This document shows positions 37,752 to 48,201 of a stretch of DNA of 64,000 nt, piece after piece. Both the position numbers and the translations under genes were made by a program. The notes beneath the pieces are model-generated. The model worked only from the letters and a program-made list of their open reading frames with translations. It had not been told where the DNA came from and ran no database searches. The stretch spans positions 4,149-68,148 of the forward strand of contig CAZWPN010000001.1 in NCBI GenBank assembly GCA_964635275.1. The letters are read 5' to 3'. Each line of letters starts with the position of its first letter. Position 1 is the stretch's first letter. This DNA comes from an uncultured Victivallales bacterium (GTDB taxonomy: Bacteria; Verrucomicrobiota; Kiritimatiellia; UBA8416; CAZWPN01).

Positions 37752-38850
37752 TGCTTGTCTCCGCGGAATGTAAAGCTCTTGCGTGTTGTCGCCACAGCTC
37801 CGGTTTCGAGGTGTTCCTGTCGAGGTACCACCCAAAGGCGGCAAACCCCAGGGTCAGCAATGCCGCTGCCCCGATCGCCCCTGCCGGGCTAAGGTGGCGA
37901 ACCATCGCAGCGACACCACTGCATAGCAGGGCGATGGCCCCAAAGATCGCGAGCATTCCGCCATGCGAAACACCAAGAGCAAGGAGCCGGTGGGAAATGT
38001 GATCGCTGTCGCTGCATGCAATTGCGTCAATAACATTCTTAACAACCCCATGTCGTATCCTAAGCAGTGTTGTCAAGGCCAGATCATAGACCGGCACTGC
38101 AACAACAAGGAAACCGCTGATAAGCGAATTGACACTAACATCCGACCACTCCCCGAAAATGACAAGCACGGCCAACACGTAGCCAATGAAGAAACTCCCG
38201 GCATCCCCCATGTATATACGCGCGGGCGGCCAGTTGAAGTGAAGAAACCCGAGAACGCTCCCGGCCAAGGCAGCGGCAAGGAAAGCAAACCCCTTCTGCC
38301 AGGTGCTCCACCCGAACAGCAGCAGCGACACGGCGCTGATGAAGCAGATAACGCCTGCCAACCCGTCCTTGTTGTCTATCGCGTTGAAAGCGCTAGCCAC
38401 TCCTGCAACCCAGAGAAAGGTAAGCGCAAAATTCAACAGCGGCCACGGGGTACGATTGAGACCAATCCCATACATGGCGAGCACTGCACATCCCGCAGCA
38501 AGTGCAAACAATTTGACCATCGCACTTACGTCGAACACATCGTCGAGAACCCCAACCATGGCAACCCCAACCCCGACAAGTGTGATGGCCCATATCTCCG
38601 GAGTCCTGCCATAGGAAAGACTAAGCGCCAAGACAGTGGATAGGACGATCGCTACACCGCCGAACAGTGGCACAGGTTGTTTCTGGTCCTTGCGAACGCC
38701 AGGATGATCCAAAACTCCGAACCAAAGGGAGAGCTTGCGCCCGACACACGTACCGTTGACCGCGAAAAAAAAGGCCAGCAGGAAAACGACCGCAGGTGGA
38801 ACAATAGGAGCATACCGCCCGCTCCCAATGATTTGACCCAGAGCATCCAT
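37729..38850 (-). CDS. Polyprenyl-phosphate N-acetylhexosamine-1-phosphate transferase (WecA/WbpL/MraY family); initiating phosphoglycosyltransferase.
   Basis: GVLDDVFDVSAMVKL, NAIDNKDGLAG, and YMGDAGSFFIGY motifs; 10-11 TM helices. Confidence 0.85.
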   Translation of the reverse strand: MDALGQIIGSGRYAPIVPPAVVFLLAFFFAVNGTCVGRKLSLWFGVLDHPGVRKDQKQPVPLFGGVAIVLSTVLALSLSYGRTPEIWAITLVGVGVAMVGVLDDVFDVSAMVKLFALAAGCAVLAMYGIGLNRTPWPLLNFALTFLWVAGVASAFNAIDNKDGLAGVICFISAVSLLLFGWSTWQKGFAFLAAALAGSVLGFLHFNWPPARIYMGDAGSFFIGYVLAVLVIFGEWSDVSVNSLISGFLVVAVPVYDLALTTLLRIRHGVVKNVIDAIACSDSDHISHRLLALGVSHGGMLAIFGAIALLCSGVAAMVRHLSPAGAIGAAALLTLGFAAFGWYLDRNTSKPELWRQHARALHSAETSNDASAAR

Positions 38851-38871
38851 GTCGCTGTGCCGCTGTCCCAG

Positions 38872-40029
38872 TTACATCTCAAGTTGGCCGTATGCCCAGA
38901 CGGCATAGTCCAGCGAATCGCCGTCTCCCGCGTCAGAGGCCTCAAGCACCAGCTCCTTAACCCCGTCAAGCTTCACATCTACCGGTTTCTCTCCGGCCAC
39001 ATAGGACAGGACTCCGCTGTCATAGAGCATCCTCCCATCGCCATAAACAGCAAAACGAACGGTTCCACAGTCTTTTCGTTGCAGCTCCCTTTCGATCGCT
39101 TCGATCTGCTCTTTCTCTCCTTTAAAAGCCGACACCAACACAGTAGCCGTAAACCGCTTGTAACGCCCCGCCAGATCGTAGGTCAGCTTGGACGGAGCAG
39201 GAGCCCAAATGCCACGGACGTACACTTTGCCACCGTTGTAGATCGGCAGCCCTCCCCATCTTGTCTCGTTGACCCTCAAAATGTCCTTCTTGTTGCAGGA
39301 CGACGACACTGGACGCATCTCCTCAAGCACAATTGCCACTTCAGAGCCCGCGCTCTTGTTCGCTTTCAGCACATTGCCATCCTGTTCGGACTCTGCCTTT
39401 CGTTGCGTCAGCCATTCGCGCGCCTCCCTGTTGGCAGGCCACAACTCAAGAGCGCGACGACGGAGATTCAGCGCATCATCCTTTCGACCAGCATCCTCCG
39501 CTATGACCGCATTCCTGACCAACACATCAGAGGCTTCTGATAATGCAATCGCAACAGTGTCGAGCCGCCGCAACAAGTCTTCCGCCTTTGATCTGATCCT
39601 TACGACAGTCCTGTCTGGCGGCGCAGCGAGCAACTCCTCCAACAGATTCCTGAGCCGCTTCAGAGCTTCATCTTTCCGCTCCTGTTGACAGAGTGTTTCT
39701 ACGGTTTCCAATTTGGCCTCATAGAATTCAGGATCAGTATTCAGCGCTCTTGAGTAATTCTCGACAGCTTTGTCGAAATCCCCCATCGTTCGGAACTTCC
39801 TTGCAGTGTCCGCATAGACTTTCGCCTGCATTCGCTTCGCAAGCTTTGCTTTCTGCGCCTCTTCCTCGGCCAGCTTGTTTTCTGCAGCGGCACTGTCGGT
39901 GTCAGCGGGCGAGGCTGCCACAGGTGTGGAAAAGCCAGAGTCTCCCTGCGCGTTTTCCGAAACGGACGAACATCCTCCAAGGGTAGCTGCAGATATTACG
40001 ACCAGACAGCCAGCTATCCACCACCTCAT
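38872..40029 (-). CDS. Lipoprotein with N-terminal TPR-like region and a C-terminal NPCBM-like (carbohydrate-binding) domain.
   Basis: Signal peptide plus lipobox AATLGGCSS. C-terminal ...GDGDSLDYAVWAYGQLEM resembles the NPCBM/NEW2 motif. Confidence 0.45.
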   Translation of the reverse strand: MRWWIAGCLVVISAATLGGCSSVSENAQGDSGFSTPVAASPADTDSAAAENKLAEEEAQKAKLAKRMQAKVYADTARKFRTMGDFDKAVENYSRALNTDPEFYEAKLETVETLCQQERKDEALKRLRNLLEELLAAPPDRTVVRIRSKAEDLLRRLDTVAIALSEASDVLVRNAVIAEDAGRKDDALNLRRRALELWPANREAREWLTQRKAESEQDGNVLKANKSAGSEVAIVLEEMRPVSSSCNKKDILRVNETRWGGLPIYNGGKVYVRGIWAPAPSKLTYDLAGRYKRFTATVLVSAFKGEKEQIEAIERELQRKDCGTVRFAVYGDGRMLYDSGVLSYVAGEKPVDVKLDGVKELVLEASDAGDGDSLDYAVWAYGQLEM

Positions 40030-40293
40030 CTCACGCCCAAGAACCGCAGTGCGTATCCGAATTGCTGACCAGCCATTCAACATGCGAACCTCCATCCTAA
40101 AGCACAACAAACGAGCAAAACTCGGTGTTCTCTATATCCCAATACCCCATCCACTTGCAACAAGAAGTTCGCAACAGGAAGCTCTGCGAAATTGCTCAAA
40201 CTCGGGCAGATCGGTCGTGCGTGCCTGCTACCGGCGCATTTACGCGCTTTCCGCCAGGCGCACACTCGGAGCTTCCGGAGCCGCTGGAGCATT

Positions 40294-41244
40294 TCAACCG
40301 CAGTTGCGGGGCGCTTCTTCCAGAATGCGCTGTGCCTGTAGGGCATCCCTGCGCATCTGGAGCTGAAGCCCGGGAACCGAGGAGAACCGGCGTTCCGGCC
40401 GCAACCGTTTGTGAAAGAAGACCTCGAGATCCTGGCCGTACAGACACCCGTCAAAGCCAAACAGGTGCAATTCGATGACTGGCGGCTCCGATGGGTCTAT
40501 GTTGAAGGTTGGCCTCACGCCGTAGTTCATCACGGCATTGAAACACTGCCGTCCGTGTCGGACCCTTACCGCGTAGACCCCGTACGGCGGGAGGACCTCG
40601 CTGGCGATTTCCAGATTGGCGGTCGGAAATCCCAATGTGGTTCCGATGCCGCGGCCCCGGGTCACCGTGCCGAGTACGCTGAAGCGACGCCCCAACATTC
40701 TCTCCGCCTCTGCCAGATGTCCGCTAACAACGGCTTGTCGAATGCGAGTGCTGGAAATCGGCTGCCCGTCACGGACGAGCGGGCGCACAACGCGTACGTG
40801 GAGTCCGGCGCTCCGGCCACGTCTGGCCAGCAGTTGAGGCGTGCCGCGACCCAGTCGGCCGAACCGCCAATTGTTGCCGGCGAGGACTTCTACCAGGGGC
40901 GGGGTACAGGCCAGCAACTGCTCTACGAAGGCATCTGCGTCGGTGGCGGCCAGAACCGGCGTAAAGGGCAGCATGAAACAGCCGTCCAGACCAAGTCGTT
41001 TGAAAAGCAAGAGCCGGTGTTCGTTGGAGGTAAGCAGCCGTGGAGCCCCGGCGGGATGGAGAACTTTGAGCGGATGGCGGTCAAATGTCAGAACCCAGGC
41101 TTCGCCATGTAGCCTGCGCGCCTGTCGAATGGCCTCCGTGAGGACCTGTTGGTGCCCTGTGTGGACGCCGTCGAAGAACCCCGCCGCGAGGACGACCGGC
41201 CTTCGTATCCGCCGGAGAAGAAGGAGGTCGCGTCGGCACTTCAT
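40294..41244 (-). CDS. ribF: Bifunctional riboflavin kinase/FMN adenylyltransferase.
   Basis: GFFDGVHTGHQ (nucleotidyltransferase motif); C-terminal riboflavin kinase GFPTANL...PTFN. Confidence 0.9.
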   Translation of the reverse strand: MKCRRDLLLLRRIRRPVVLAAGFFDGVHTGHQQVLTEAIRQARRLHGEAWVLTFDRHPLKVLHPAGAPRLLTSNEHRLLLFKRLGLDGCFMLPFTPVLAATDADAFVEQLLACTPPLVEVLAGNNWRFGRLGRGTPQLLARRGRSAGLHVRVVRPLVRDGQPISSTRIRQAVVSGHLAEAERMLGRRFSVLGTVTRGRGIGTTLGFPTANLEIASEVLPPYGVYAVRVRHGRQCFNAVMNYGVRPTFNIDPSEPPVIELHLFGFDGCLYGQDLEVFFHKRLRPERRFSSVPGLQLQMRRDALQAQRILEEAPRNCG

Positions 41245-42014
41245 CCCCGGATCAATCTCTCAATAAGCAGCCGCTGAAAAGGAATGACGCGTTCGGCCAA
41301 TTGCTCAGGGGTCAGCGCCAGCACCTGATCCAGCGTCAACGCATCCTGAACAAGGTAGGAGCCGCTCTGCAGGCGGCGAAGCGACTTCAGGTGGGCGCCG
41401 CAGCCCAGCGCATCGCCAACCTCGGCGCAAAGGGATCGGACATAGGTTCCCTTGGTGCAGCGGATCAGGAAGGCAGCACAGGGCAGATCGAAAGAAACCA
41501 TTCGAAACTCGTATATGTGAATCAGCCGTGCCTTGCGTTCGACGGTCTTTCCCTTCCGCGCGTGACGGTACAGGGGTACGCCGGCCACTTTGACGGCCGA
41601 TACCATCGGCGGAGTCTGCATGATATCCCCGGTCAGCTTCTTCATTTCAGCCTCGACCTGCGCCGCGGTTACGGAGGCACAGTCCGCCTCCCGCAACACC
41701 TTGCCCTCAGCGTCATGGGAATCCGTTGTGACACCAAGGCGCAGCGTTCCTTCGTACACTTTGTCAGAACCTATAAACCCGTCGGCTAGTCTTGTGCCGC
41801 GGCCCAGCAGGATAATAAGCAGGCCGGTTGCCTGCGGATCGAGGGTGCCGCCGTGTCCAACCTTGTCCAGTCTGAAATGTCGCCGAATACGGTCCACGAT
41901 GTCGTGTGAAGTGGGACCTGCCGGCTTATCGACCAGCAGCACCCCGTCGAGGGGGCTGCTTTCCGGCATTGGTGCGGGGCGGCGCGGGTGAGGACTTTGT
42001 CGGTATGTTGTCAT
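41241..42014 (-). CDS. truB: tRNA pseudouridine(55) synthase.
   Basis: LLVDKPAGPTSHDIVDRIRR...KVGHGGTLDPQATGLLII (catalytic Asp motif). Confidence 0.9.
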   Translation of the reverse strand: MTTYRQSPHPRRPAPMPESSPLDGVLLVDKPAGPTSHDIVDRIRRHFRLDKVGHGGTLDPQATGLLIILLGRGTRLADGFIGSDKVYEGTLRLGVTTDSHDAEGKVLREADCASVTAAQVEAEMKKLTGDIMQTPPMVSAVKVAGVPLYRHARKGKTVERKARLIHIYEFRMVSFDLPCAAFLIRCTKGTYVRSLCAEVGDALGCGAHLKSLRRLQSGSYLVQDALTLDQVLALTPEQLAERVIPFQRLLIERLIRG

Positions 42015-42418
42015 GGTTTATGGCTCGCGGTATCAGGATTGGCTGGGGCTTCCCCGGCAGACGGCTCATCGTCCAGCCCCAGCCCCGAGAGAACCTGAAG
42101 GACGTGATCCCCCCGCTCGATTGAAGTGTCCAGCTCGAAAAATAGTCGCGGCGTGTACTTGAGCTTCAAGTCCCGGTTGATCAAGCTCTGCAGTTCTGGC
42201 GCTTTCTGCCGCAGGCGGTGAAGCATCCGGCCGCGCTCGTGTTCATGGCCCAGGATCGAGACGCCGACGTACGCCTGCCGGAGGGACGCACTGACTGTCA
42301 CACGGGTGACGGTTACGGCGGCAAGATCCAACTGGTCGGCGGTCAGGACGCGAAAGAGCGACTCGCCGATCTCACGGCGAAGGAGCGCATTCACTCGGGT
42401 CAGGCGATCTACCGTCAT
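42011..42418 (-). CDS. rbfA: Ribosome-binding factor A.
   Basis: RLTRVNALLRREIGE...VTVTRVTVSASLRQAYVGVSIL; position between infB and truB. Confidence 0.85.
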   Translation of the reverse strand: MTVDRLTRVNALLRREIGESLFRVLTADQLDLAAVTVTRVTVSASLRQAYVGVSILGHEHERGRMLHRLRQKAPELQSLINRDLKLKYTPRLFFELDTSIERGDHVLQVLSGLGLDDEPSAGEAPANPDTASHKP

Positions 42419-42461
42419 GGCGACCTGCGGGCTGTCGGCGCGAGCGCCGAACGGCCGGTCC

Positions 42462-44741
42462 TTAGAGGGTCTGCTGGATTTCCTCGATCTCGTAGAACTC
42501 GAACGTATCACCTTCGGCGTAGTCCGTGTAGCGGCTGAGGCGAATACCGCATTCCTGCGGCTCCTTGATCTCGCTCACGTTGTCCTGGAAATGCCTGATC
42601 GAATCGATAGATCCCTCGAACAAGCATTCCTTGTTGCGTACAACGCGGACCTTCGATTTCGTAGTGGCAAAACCGCTCGTGATCTGGCAACCCGCCACCT
42701 TGCTGCCCTTGCCGACGGTGAAGACCTGTTTGACAGATGCACTGCCGGTCACTTTTTGGCGGATGATCGGCTTCAGAAGCCCCGCCATGCCCTTCTCCAC
42801 TTCATCCAGCAGGTTGTAGATGATCTGATGCAGGCGAATTTCCACCCCTTCGCGCTTGGAGGCAGCCTCGACACCAGGCTCCTTCCCGATATGGAACCCG
42901 AGAATGACGGCATCCGACGCGCTTGCAAGCATGACATCGTTGAGCGTGATGTTGCCGGTCGTTCCCAGCAGTATGTTCAACGAGACCTTGTCGCTCTTGA
43001 TCTGACGAATGGCATGGGTGATGGCCTCAATGGAACCCTGCGTATCGGCCTTGATAATCACAGGCAGTTCAAGGCGCTCACTTTCCTTCATCTTCTCAAA
43101 CAGCGTTTCGAGCGACGCTTTCCGTGGAACGACAACTTGCTCCTGAAGCTGCTTCGATACCTCGCGCTCAGCCGCATCGCGAGCCATGCGGTCATTGGGC
43201 ATGACCTTGAATTCCGCGCCGGCATCGGGGACACCTGGAAGTCCCAGACAGCGCACCGGAATGCCCGGCAGGGCCGACTTGACCTTAAGCCCGTGATCGT
43301 TGATCAGTGCACGAACCCGGCCCCATAACCGGCCGCACACCACCGTGTCTCCGACGTTCAGTGTACCGCTGGTGACGAGTACGTTGGACGTGGGTCCCAT
43401 TCCGGGCTGCATCTGGGCCTCAATAACAAAGCCCTGCGCCCGTCGCTTTGGGTTGGCCTTCAGCTCCAGCACGTCGGCTTGAAGCAGGATCATGTCCAGA
43501 AAGTGGGGAATGCCTTCGCCAGTGACTGCGCTCACGCGGCAACAGACAACATCGCCACCCCATTCCTCCGGCGACAACCCCTCAGCCTGCAGTTGCTGCA
43601 TAACGCGTTCTGGATTGGCGCTCGGAAGATCGATCTTGTTCATGGCAACCATGACGGACACTTCCGCGGCCTTCGCGTGGCGGATCGCCTCCTTCGTCTG
43701 AGGCATAACGCCATCCGCGGCGTCCACAATGATCACGGCGATGTCGGTTAGATTCGCGCCCCGCGCACGCATGGCGGTGAACGCAGCGTGTCCAGGCGTA
43801 TCGAGGAATGTGATGGGTCGTCCGCTAACGTCAACTGTGTAGGCACCAATGTGCTGGGTAATGCCGCCGTGCTCCCCCTTGGCCACAGTCGTGTTGCGGA
43901 TCTTATCCAGAAGCGAGGTCTTGCCGTGGTCAACGTGGCCCAGGAATGTCACCACAGGCGGGCGGGGCATAAGACTTTCCGGCCGGTCCACCTCTTCGCC
44001 CGTGGCGTCCTTCACCGGTTTCAGGAGTACGTGCTCGTGTGACTTCTTCTCGTGCTCCAGCGTAAACCCGTGCCGTTCTGCAAGTTTCCGGGCTACAGTA
44101 ACATCAAGGCGCTCATTGATGGAGGCAAGGACATTCATGCTCATCAATTCTGCGATGAGCTTGTTGGGCCTTGCACCCATGCAATTTGCAAGATCCCTTA
44201 CGATAATCGGTCCCTTCGCCTTAATGACGTTGCCGAATACGGAAATATCCGCGGCCGCTTCGTGTCGCGCCGACGACTTCCTGGAGCCTTCCGCAGCGGC
44301 TTTGGATACTGGCGCGTCCGCGGTCGGACTCTCGACCGCAGGCGGCAGGCCTTCGTCTGCGTTCGCCTCATCCGGAGAAGGTTCGGCAACGGGGGCCGGG
44401 GCGGGTGTTGGTACGGGTGCAGGTACGGGTGCAGGTACGGGTGCAGGTGTAGACACTACGGCGGCTATTGGAATGACAGGAGCCGCCGCCACTGCGGGGG
44501 GCGGTGCGGAAGGCACTGGGGCGGGTGGCGCCTTTGGGACGGCAACCACCATCTTCTTGACGGGAGGCGGAGGAGCCTGAACCGTCTTCGGGAGCATCAT
44601 CGCAATTTGACGGGCGACGATCTCGCTCTCCTTATCCAAGACGCTCATGTTGTTCTTGACGTCAACATGCGCTTCCTGGAGTTTGGCCAGCAGATCCTTG
44701 GCGCTGACGCTATACTCCTTGACGAGCTCGTGAACTCTCAT
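42462..44741 (-). CDS. infB: Translation initiation factor IF-2.
   Basis: [19 protein letters not shown]-terminus; Pro/Ala-rich linker; [13 protein letters not shown]-domain. Confidence 0.95.
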   Translation of the reverse strand: MRVHELVKEYSVSAKDLLAKLQEAHVDVKNNMSVLDKESEIVARQIAMMLPKTVQAPPPPVKKMVVAVPKAPPAPVPSAPPPAVAAAPVIPIAAVVSTPAPVPAPVPAPVPTPAPAPVAEPSPDEANADEGLPPAVESPTADAPVSKAAAEGSRKSSARHEAAADISVFGNVIKAKGPIIVRDLANCMGARPNKLIAELMSMNVLASINERLDVTVARKLAERHGFTLEHEKKSHEHVLLKPVKDATGEEVDRPESLMPRPPVVTFLGHVDHGKTSLLDKIRNTTVAKGEHGGITQHIGAYTVDVSGRPITFLDTPGHAAFTAMRARGANLTDIAVIIVDAADGVMPQTKEAIRHAKAAEVSVMVAMNKIDLPSANPERVMQQLQAEGLSPEEWGGDVVCCRVSAVTGEGIPHFLDMILLQADVLELKANPKRRAQGFVIEAQMQPGMGPTSNVLVTSGTLNVGDTVVCGRLWGRVRALINDHGLKVKSALPGIPVRCLGLPGVPDAGAEFKVMPNDRMARDAAEREVSKQLQEQVVVPRKASLETLFEKMKESERLELPVIIKADTQGSIEAITHAIRQIKSDKVSLNILLGTTGNITLNDVMLASASDAVILGFHIGKEPGVEAASKREGVEIRLHQIIYNLLDEVEKGMAGLLKPIIRQKVTGSASVKQVFTVGKGSKVAGCQITSGFATTKSKVRVVRNKECLFEGSIDSIRHFQDNVSEIKEPQECGIRLSRYTDYAEGDTFEFYEIEEIQQTL

Positions 44742-44742
44742 A

Positions 44743-46005
44743 CTATTCCGCTTTGCTTTCCGGCACCACCTGGCGGGCGGCGGCGGCTTCGTAAACAGCT
44801 TGGGCTGTCTGGATGTCGAACCCAGCCATTTCTGCCATATCACTCTCTTCAGACGCCAGGATTCCTTCCGTGGTAAGGAATCCCGCCTTCACCAGCTTTT
44901 GTGCATTGTCAATTCCGATGCCTTCGATGGCGGCCAGATTGGCAGTCGCCTTGGCCACCTTCTCCTCGAATGTAACGTTGCTCTCGTCCTTCTGAATGTC
45001 GACCTTCCACCCAAGGAGTTTGGCAGTGAGCCGGACGTTCTGCCCACGCTTGCCAATAGCCAGCGAAAGCTGGTCGGCATCCGTCAACACATGCAACGTG
45101 TTCTTCTCGGGCTCAATGGTGACCTTCAGCAACTTGGCTGGAGAAAGCGCGTTTGTGACGTAGGTCTTGACGTCGGAACTCCAGCGTATGATATCGATCT
45201 TCTCGCCTGAGAGTTCCCGAACAATGTTCTTCACCCGGATGCCTCGCATACCCACGCAGGCTCCGACCGGATCCACTTTCTCATCCTTGGAGGTGACCGC
45301 TATCTTGGTACGGTACCCCGGTTCCCTGGCAATGCCTTTGACCTCAACGATGCCGTCAGCTATTTCCGCCACTTCCAGCTTAAACAGAGCGCGAACGAAG
45401 TCCGGATGACTTCTGGAAAGAATAATCTGCGGTCCCGCCGTGTTGGCCTGAACACTCAACACAAACGCGCGGATACGGTCGCCAACCTGATATTCTTCGG
45501 TGGGCACCCGCTCCTTGGACGGCACAATCGCCTCTCCTCGACCCAGATCGACAACTACGTCGCTGCGGTTGAACTGCCGGACCGAACCACTGACGATATC
45601 GCCGACGCGATTCTTGTACTCCTCGAAAACGTTGTCTTTCTCGGCTTGCCTGATCTTCTGGATGATGGCCTGTTTGGCCGTCTGAGCGGCTATCCGACCC
45701 AGATTCTTCGGCTTTACCTCGACCTCGATCATGTCGCCAATTCGGGCATCCGGCTTGACCTTGCGCGCTTCTTTCAGTTCGACTTCCGAATCCTTCAGAA
45801 ACACGTCCTCCACCACTTTCATCGGCGCAAATGCGTGGATATCGCACGTCTTCCTGTCTATCTGGATACGCAGGTTGTCATTGGGGCCAAAATCCTTCTT
45901 GGAAGCGGATTGCAGCGCAAACTCCACCGCCTGAACCAGGGTCTCCCGGTCAAGTCCGCGCTCCTTCTCCATGTAATTCAGTATGGCAAAAAGTTCGTTA
46001 TTCAT
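44743..46005 (-). CDS. nusA: Transcription termination/antitermination factor NusA.
   Basis: MNNELFAILNYMEKERGLDRE...; S1 and KH domains. Confidence 0.95.
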   Translation of the reverse strand: MNNELFAILNYMEKERGLDRETLVQAVEFALQSASKKDFGPNDNLRIQIDRKTCDIHAFAPMKVVEDVFLKDSEVELKEARKVKPDARIGDMIEVEVKPKNLGRIAAQTAKQAIIQKIRQAEKDNVFEEYKNRVGDIVSGSVRQFNRSDVVVDLGRGEAIVPSKERVPTEEYQVGDRIRAFVLSVQANTAGPQIILSRSHPDFVRALFKLEVAEIADGIVEVKGIAREPGYRTKIAVTSKDEKVDPVGACVGMRGIRVKNIVRELSGEKIDIIRWSSDVKTYVTNALSPAKLLKVTIEPEKNTLHVLTDADQLSLAIGKRGQNVRLTAKLLGWKVDIQKDESNVTFEEKVAKATANLAAIEGIGIDNAQKLVKAGFLTTEGILASEESDMAEMAGFDIQTAQAVYEAAAARQVVPESKAE

Positions 46006-46059
46006 GATTCTCTCCCCGAACTCAGCACACGGGCTCTTCCAGCCCATTAAACGGAAAAG

Positions 46060-46100
46060 AGTGGGTAAATGCCCACTCTTTCCCTTGAGGCCCAGTTCAA
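46060..46100 (-). promoter_or_regulatory. Perfect 10-bp-stem hairpin (AAAGAGTGGG...CCCACTCTTT) in the nusA 5' leader, followed on the minus strand by a T-rich tract; possible leader attenuator/terminator.
   Basis: Inverted repeat read directly from the sequence, ~55 nt upstream of the nusA ATG. Confidence 0.3.
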
Positions 46101-46233
46101 GAGCCCCACTACAGTACCAGCCCGTCGCGGGGAGTCAAGTGCCGAATACAAAAACTCGGTTGCGCTTTTTTGTTGACCCGCACAGGTACGCGGCTATCAT
46201 AGCACGCTTTTCAAGGACAAGGAGTTCAGAATC

Positions 46234-46501
46234 TATGCCGCACACCAAGAGTGCAGCCAAGCGCGCAAAACAGAGTGTCGTTCGCCGGACAAGCAACCGG
46301 GCGGCCAAAGCTACCATTCGCACCCTCAGCGTCAGGCTGGGCGAAGCCGTTGAAAACGGTGATAAGGCCAAGGCCATGGAGGTGTTCCGGGCTTTTGCAT
46401 CTTCACTGGATAAGGCGGCAAAGAGGGGCACGCTCACGGCCAATAACGCCAGCCGCCACAAGGCGCGTGCATCGGCGGCTCTGACGAAGATCAAGGCGTG
46501 A
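46234..46501 (+). CDS. rpsT: 30S ribosomal protein bS20.
   Basis: MPHTKSAAKRAKQSVVRRTSNRAAKATIRT...; RBS AAGGAG 8 nt upstream. Confidence 0.9.
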
Positions 46502-46514
46502 TTGCCTTTCTCTT

Positions 46515-47030
46515 CTACCAGAATTCGACTACGCTCTCGACGATGTTGTGAGCGAGGTCCTGTGCGGCTTCGGGAGTGGCGCTTCTCTTTGCCGTGGTCA
46601 GGTCAGACCCTGGTAGAAAAGTCGCCTCTCCCACCACAGTCCTCTTGAGCAGTTCTCTTCCATTCCGCTGGCTCGTTAGAACCAGCTGGGCCTTGATCCT
46701 CAGACGATACTCGCTGGGCGACTTGGCGCTATCACGCTCATAACTAATTGGTTCCGTCGAGAAGGACTGAATCGAAACCTTCAGCAGAACGTCGGCATCC
46801 GTTGCGCCGGCAATGGAAAGATTTCCGTCCTTCTGGAACTCGTTAAGTGCTACCCGCGTGGTTTCGATTTCGACCAGCGGTTCGCCGGAATGGTTCGCGA
46901 ACGTTGGCACATGCACTGTGCGAATCTCCAGCGGCAGGGATGTGCCAACACGATAGCCGAGGCAACCGGCAGTGGAAAGTGCGGCGGCAAGTGTGCAAAG
47001 CGCGACGGGGGAGATCCGTACGCCTCTCAT
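46515..47030 (-). CDS. lptE: LptE-like LPS-assembly lipoprotein.
   Basis: Signal peptide plus lipobox LSTAGC; 171 aa; sits beside the BamD-like gene. Confidence 0.5.
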   Translation of the reverse strand: MRGVRISPVALCTLAAALSTAGCLGYRVGTSLPLEIRTVHVPTFANHSGEPLVEIETTRVALNEFQKDGNLSIAGATDADVLLKVSIQSFSTEPISYERDSAKSPSEYRLRIKAQLVLTSQRNGRELLKRTVVGEATFLPGSDLTTAKRSATPEAAQDLAHNIVESVVEFW

Positions 47031-48028
47031 TTTGACCCCTTCTTCGGCTGCAACTCCAACTGGTCCACGCGGGAACGGGCGGCTTCCGCCAGCGGCGTGT
47101 CGGGAAATTTCCGGATGAAATCCCGGTAGGCTATGTTAGCCGCATCCGGCTTGCGGACGATCCGGTCATAGTAGACGGCCCGGTCGTAGTACTGACGAGC
47201 CAGGAAACTGCGCCGTTCCTCCAGATGAGCCCTGGCTACAACGGCGTATTCACTCCTCGGAAAATCGCGCAGGAATCCGGAAAGCGCGGAAAGAGCCGAG
47301 CGGCAGCTCTCCTCATCGCGCGAGTTATCGCGCGATATCTGGCGCCAGCATTCGGCGCGACGGAATGCCGCCTGCTCAGCCACCGAGGTCAGCGCGTGCC
47401 GCTGCATGACACCCTCGTAGGCCAGAATGGCCAGTTCACGCTCGCCATCCTCTTCCTGGATCATGCCTATCTGAAATTGGACCTCCGCAGCGTGCTTCCA
47501 AAAGGCGGCGTTCCTGACTATGGCTTCATAGAGGGGAAGTGCGTTCCCGGGATCTGCGAACCCCCTGAATCCAAGGAATGCCATGCGGCGCCGTGCACGA
47601 ACGGCGTTGGCAACCTGGTACTGGAGGGTCAGTACGTCTTCAAACGGAAATCGCCCCGGGAAGTGATCCACCAGATACTGCAATTCGTTGAAGGCTGCAT
47701 CGTACTTGCGGCGCACGATGAGCGTTCTGGCATAACCAAGCTGCGCCTCGGGTGCCTCAGGAGAATCATGCCATTGGTGTACCAGCGCGAGGTATTCGGC
47801 GCCGGCGGCCTTCAGACGACCGGCCTTGTTGCACTCATCAGCGTACGCAAGCTGATCGACCGCCGTCGAGGCCGTCGGCCTGTGAAACATGCTGTGCTCA
47901 CGACGCTCGGCCTTTTCGACACCGCGCTTGGGTTGCGGAGCCGGTTCCTCCTTCGTCTGCGCCGGAGCGGTGCCGGCGGCGAAAAGCAAGAGACCAATGA
48001 ACAGCGGAAGGGTTCGATACGTTGACAT
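47027..48028 (-). CDS. bamD: BamD/YfiO-like TPR outer-membrane assembly lipoprotein.
   Basis: Signal peptide; TPR repeats; ...RAHLEERRSFLARQYYDRAVYYDR... typical of BamD. Confidence 0.6.
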   Translation of the reverse strand: MSTYRTLPLFIGLLLFAAGTAPAQTKEEPAPQPKRGVEKAERREHSMFHRPTASTAVDQLAYADECNKAGRLKAAGAEYLALVHQWHDSPEAPEAQLGYARTLIVRRKYDAAFNELQYLVDHFPGRFPFEDVLTLQYQVANAVRARRRMAFLGFRGFADPGNALPLYEAIVRNAAFWKHAAEVQFQIGMIQEEDGERELAILAYEGVMQRHALTSVAEQAAFRRAECWRQISRDNSRDEESCRSALSALSGFLRDFPRSEYAVVARAHLEERRSFLARQYYDRAVYYDRIVRKPDAANIAYRDFIRKFPDTPLAEAARSRVDQLELQPKKGSK

Positions 48029-48201
48029 GCCCTGAAGACTAGGCCGCGGAACCGACTTTGGTCAAGCTCCGAATCGGGTGTCTACATGGCGAGAAGCACC
48101 GAAAAATACCCCGTGGTGAAATGTCGCAAAATGGTGCTTGACCTTGATGCGGTATCCGGTAAAAAGTGGCCGGTCTTCGAAACTCGCTATTCGCACGGGG
48201 A

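Noticed and set aside
40110-40294. Small ORFs in the gap between the lipoprotein gene and ribF that might be hidden small genes.
   Set aside because: They are short and overlap ribF in antisense. They lack an RBS or motifs, and the 184-bp gap fits an ordinary intergenic promoter region.
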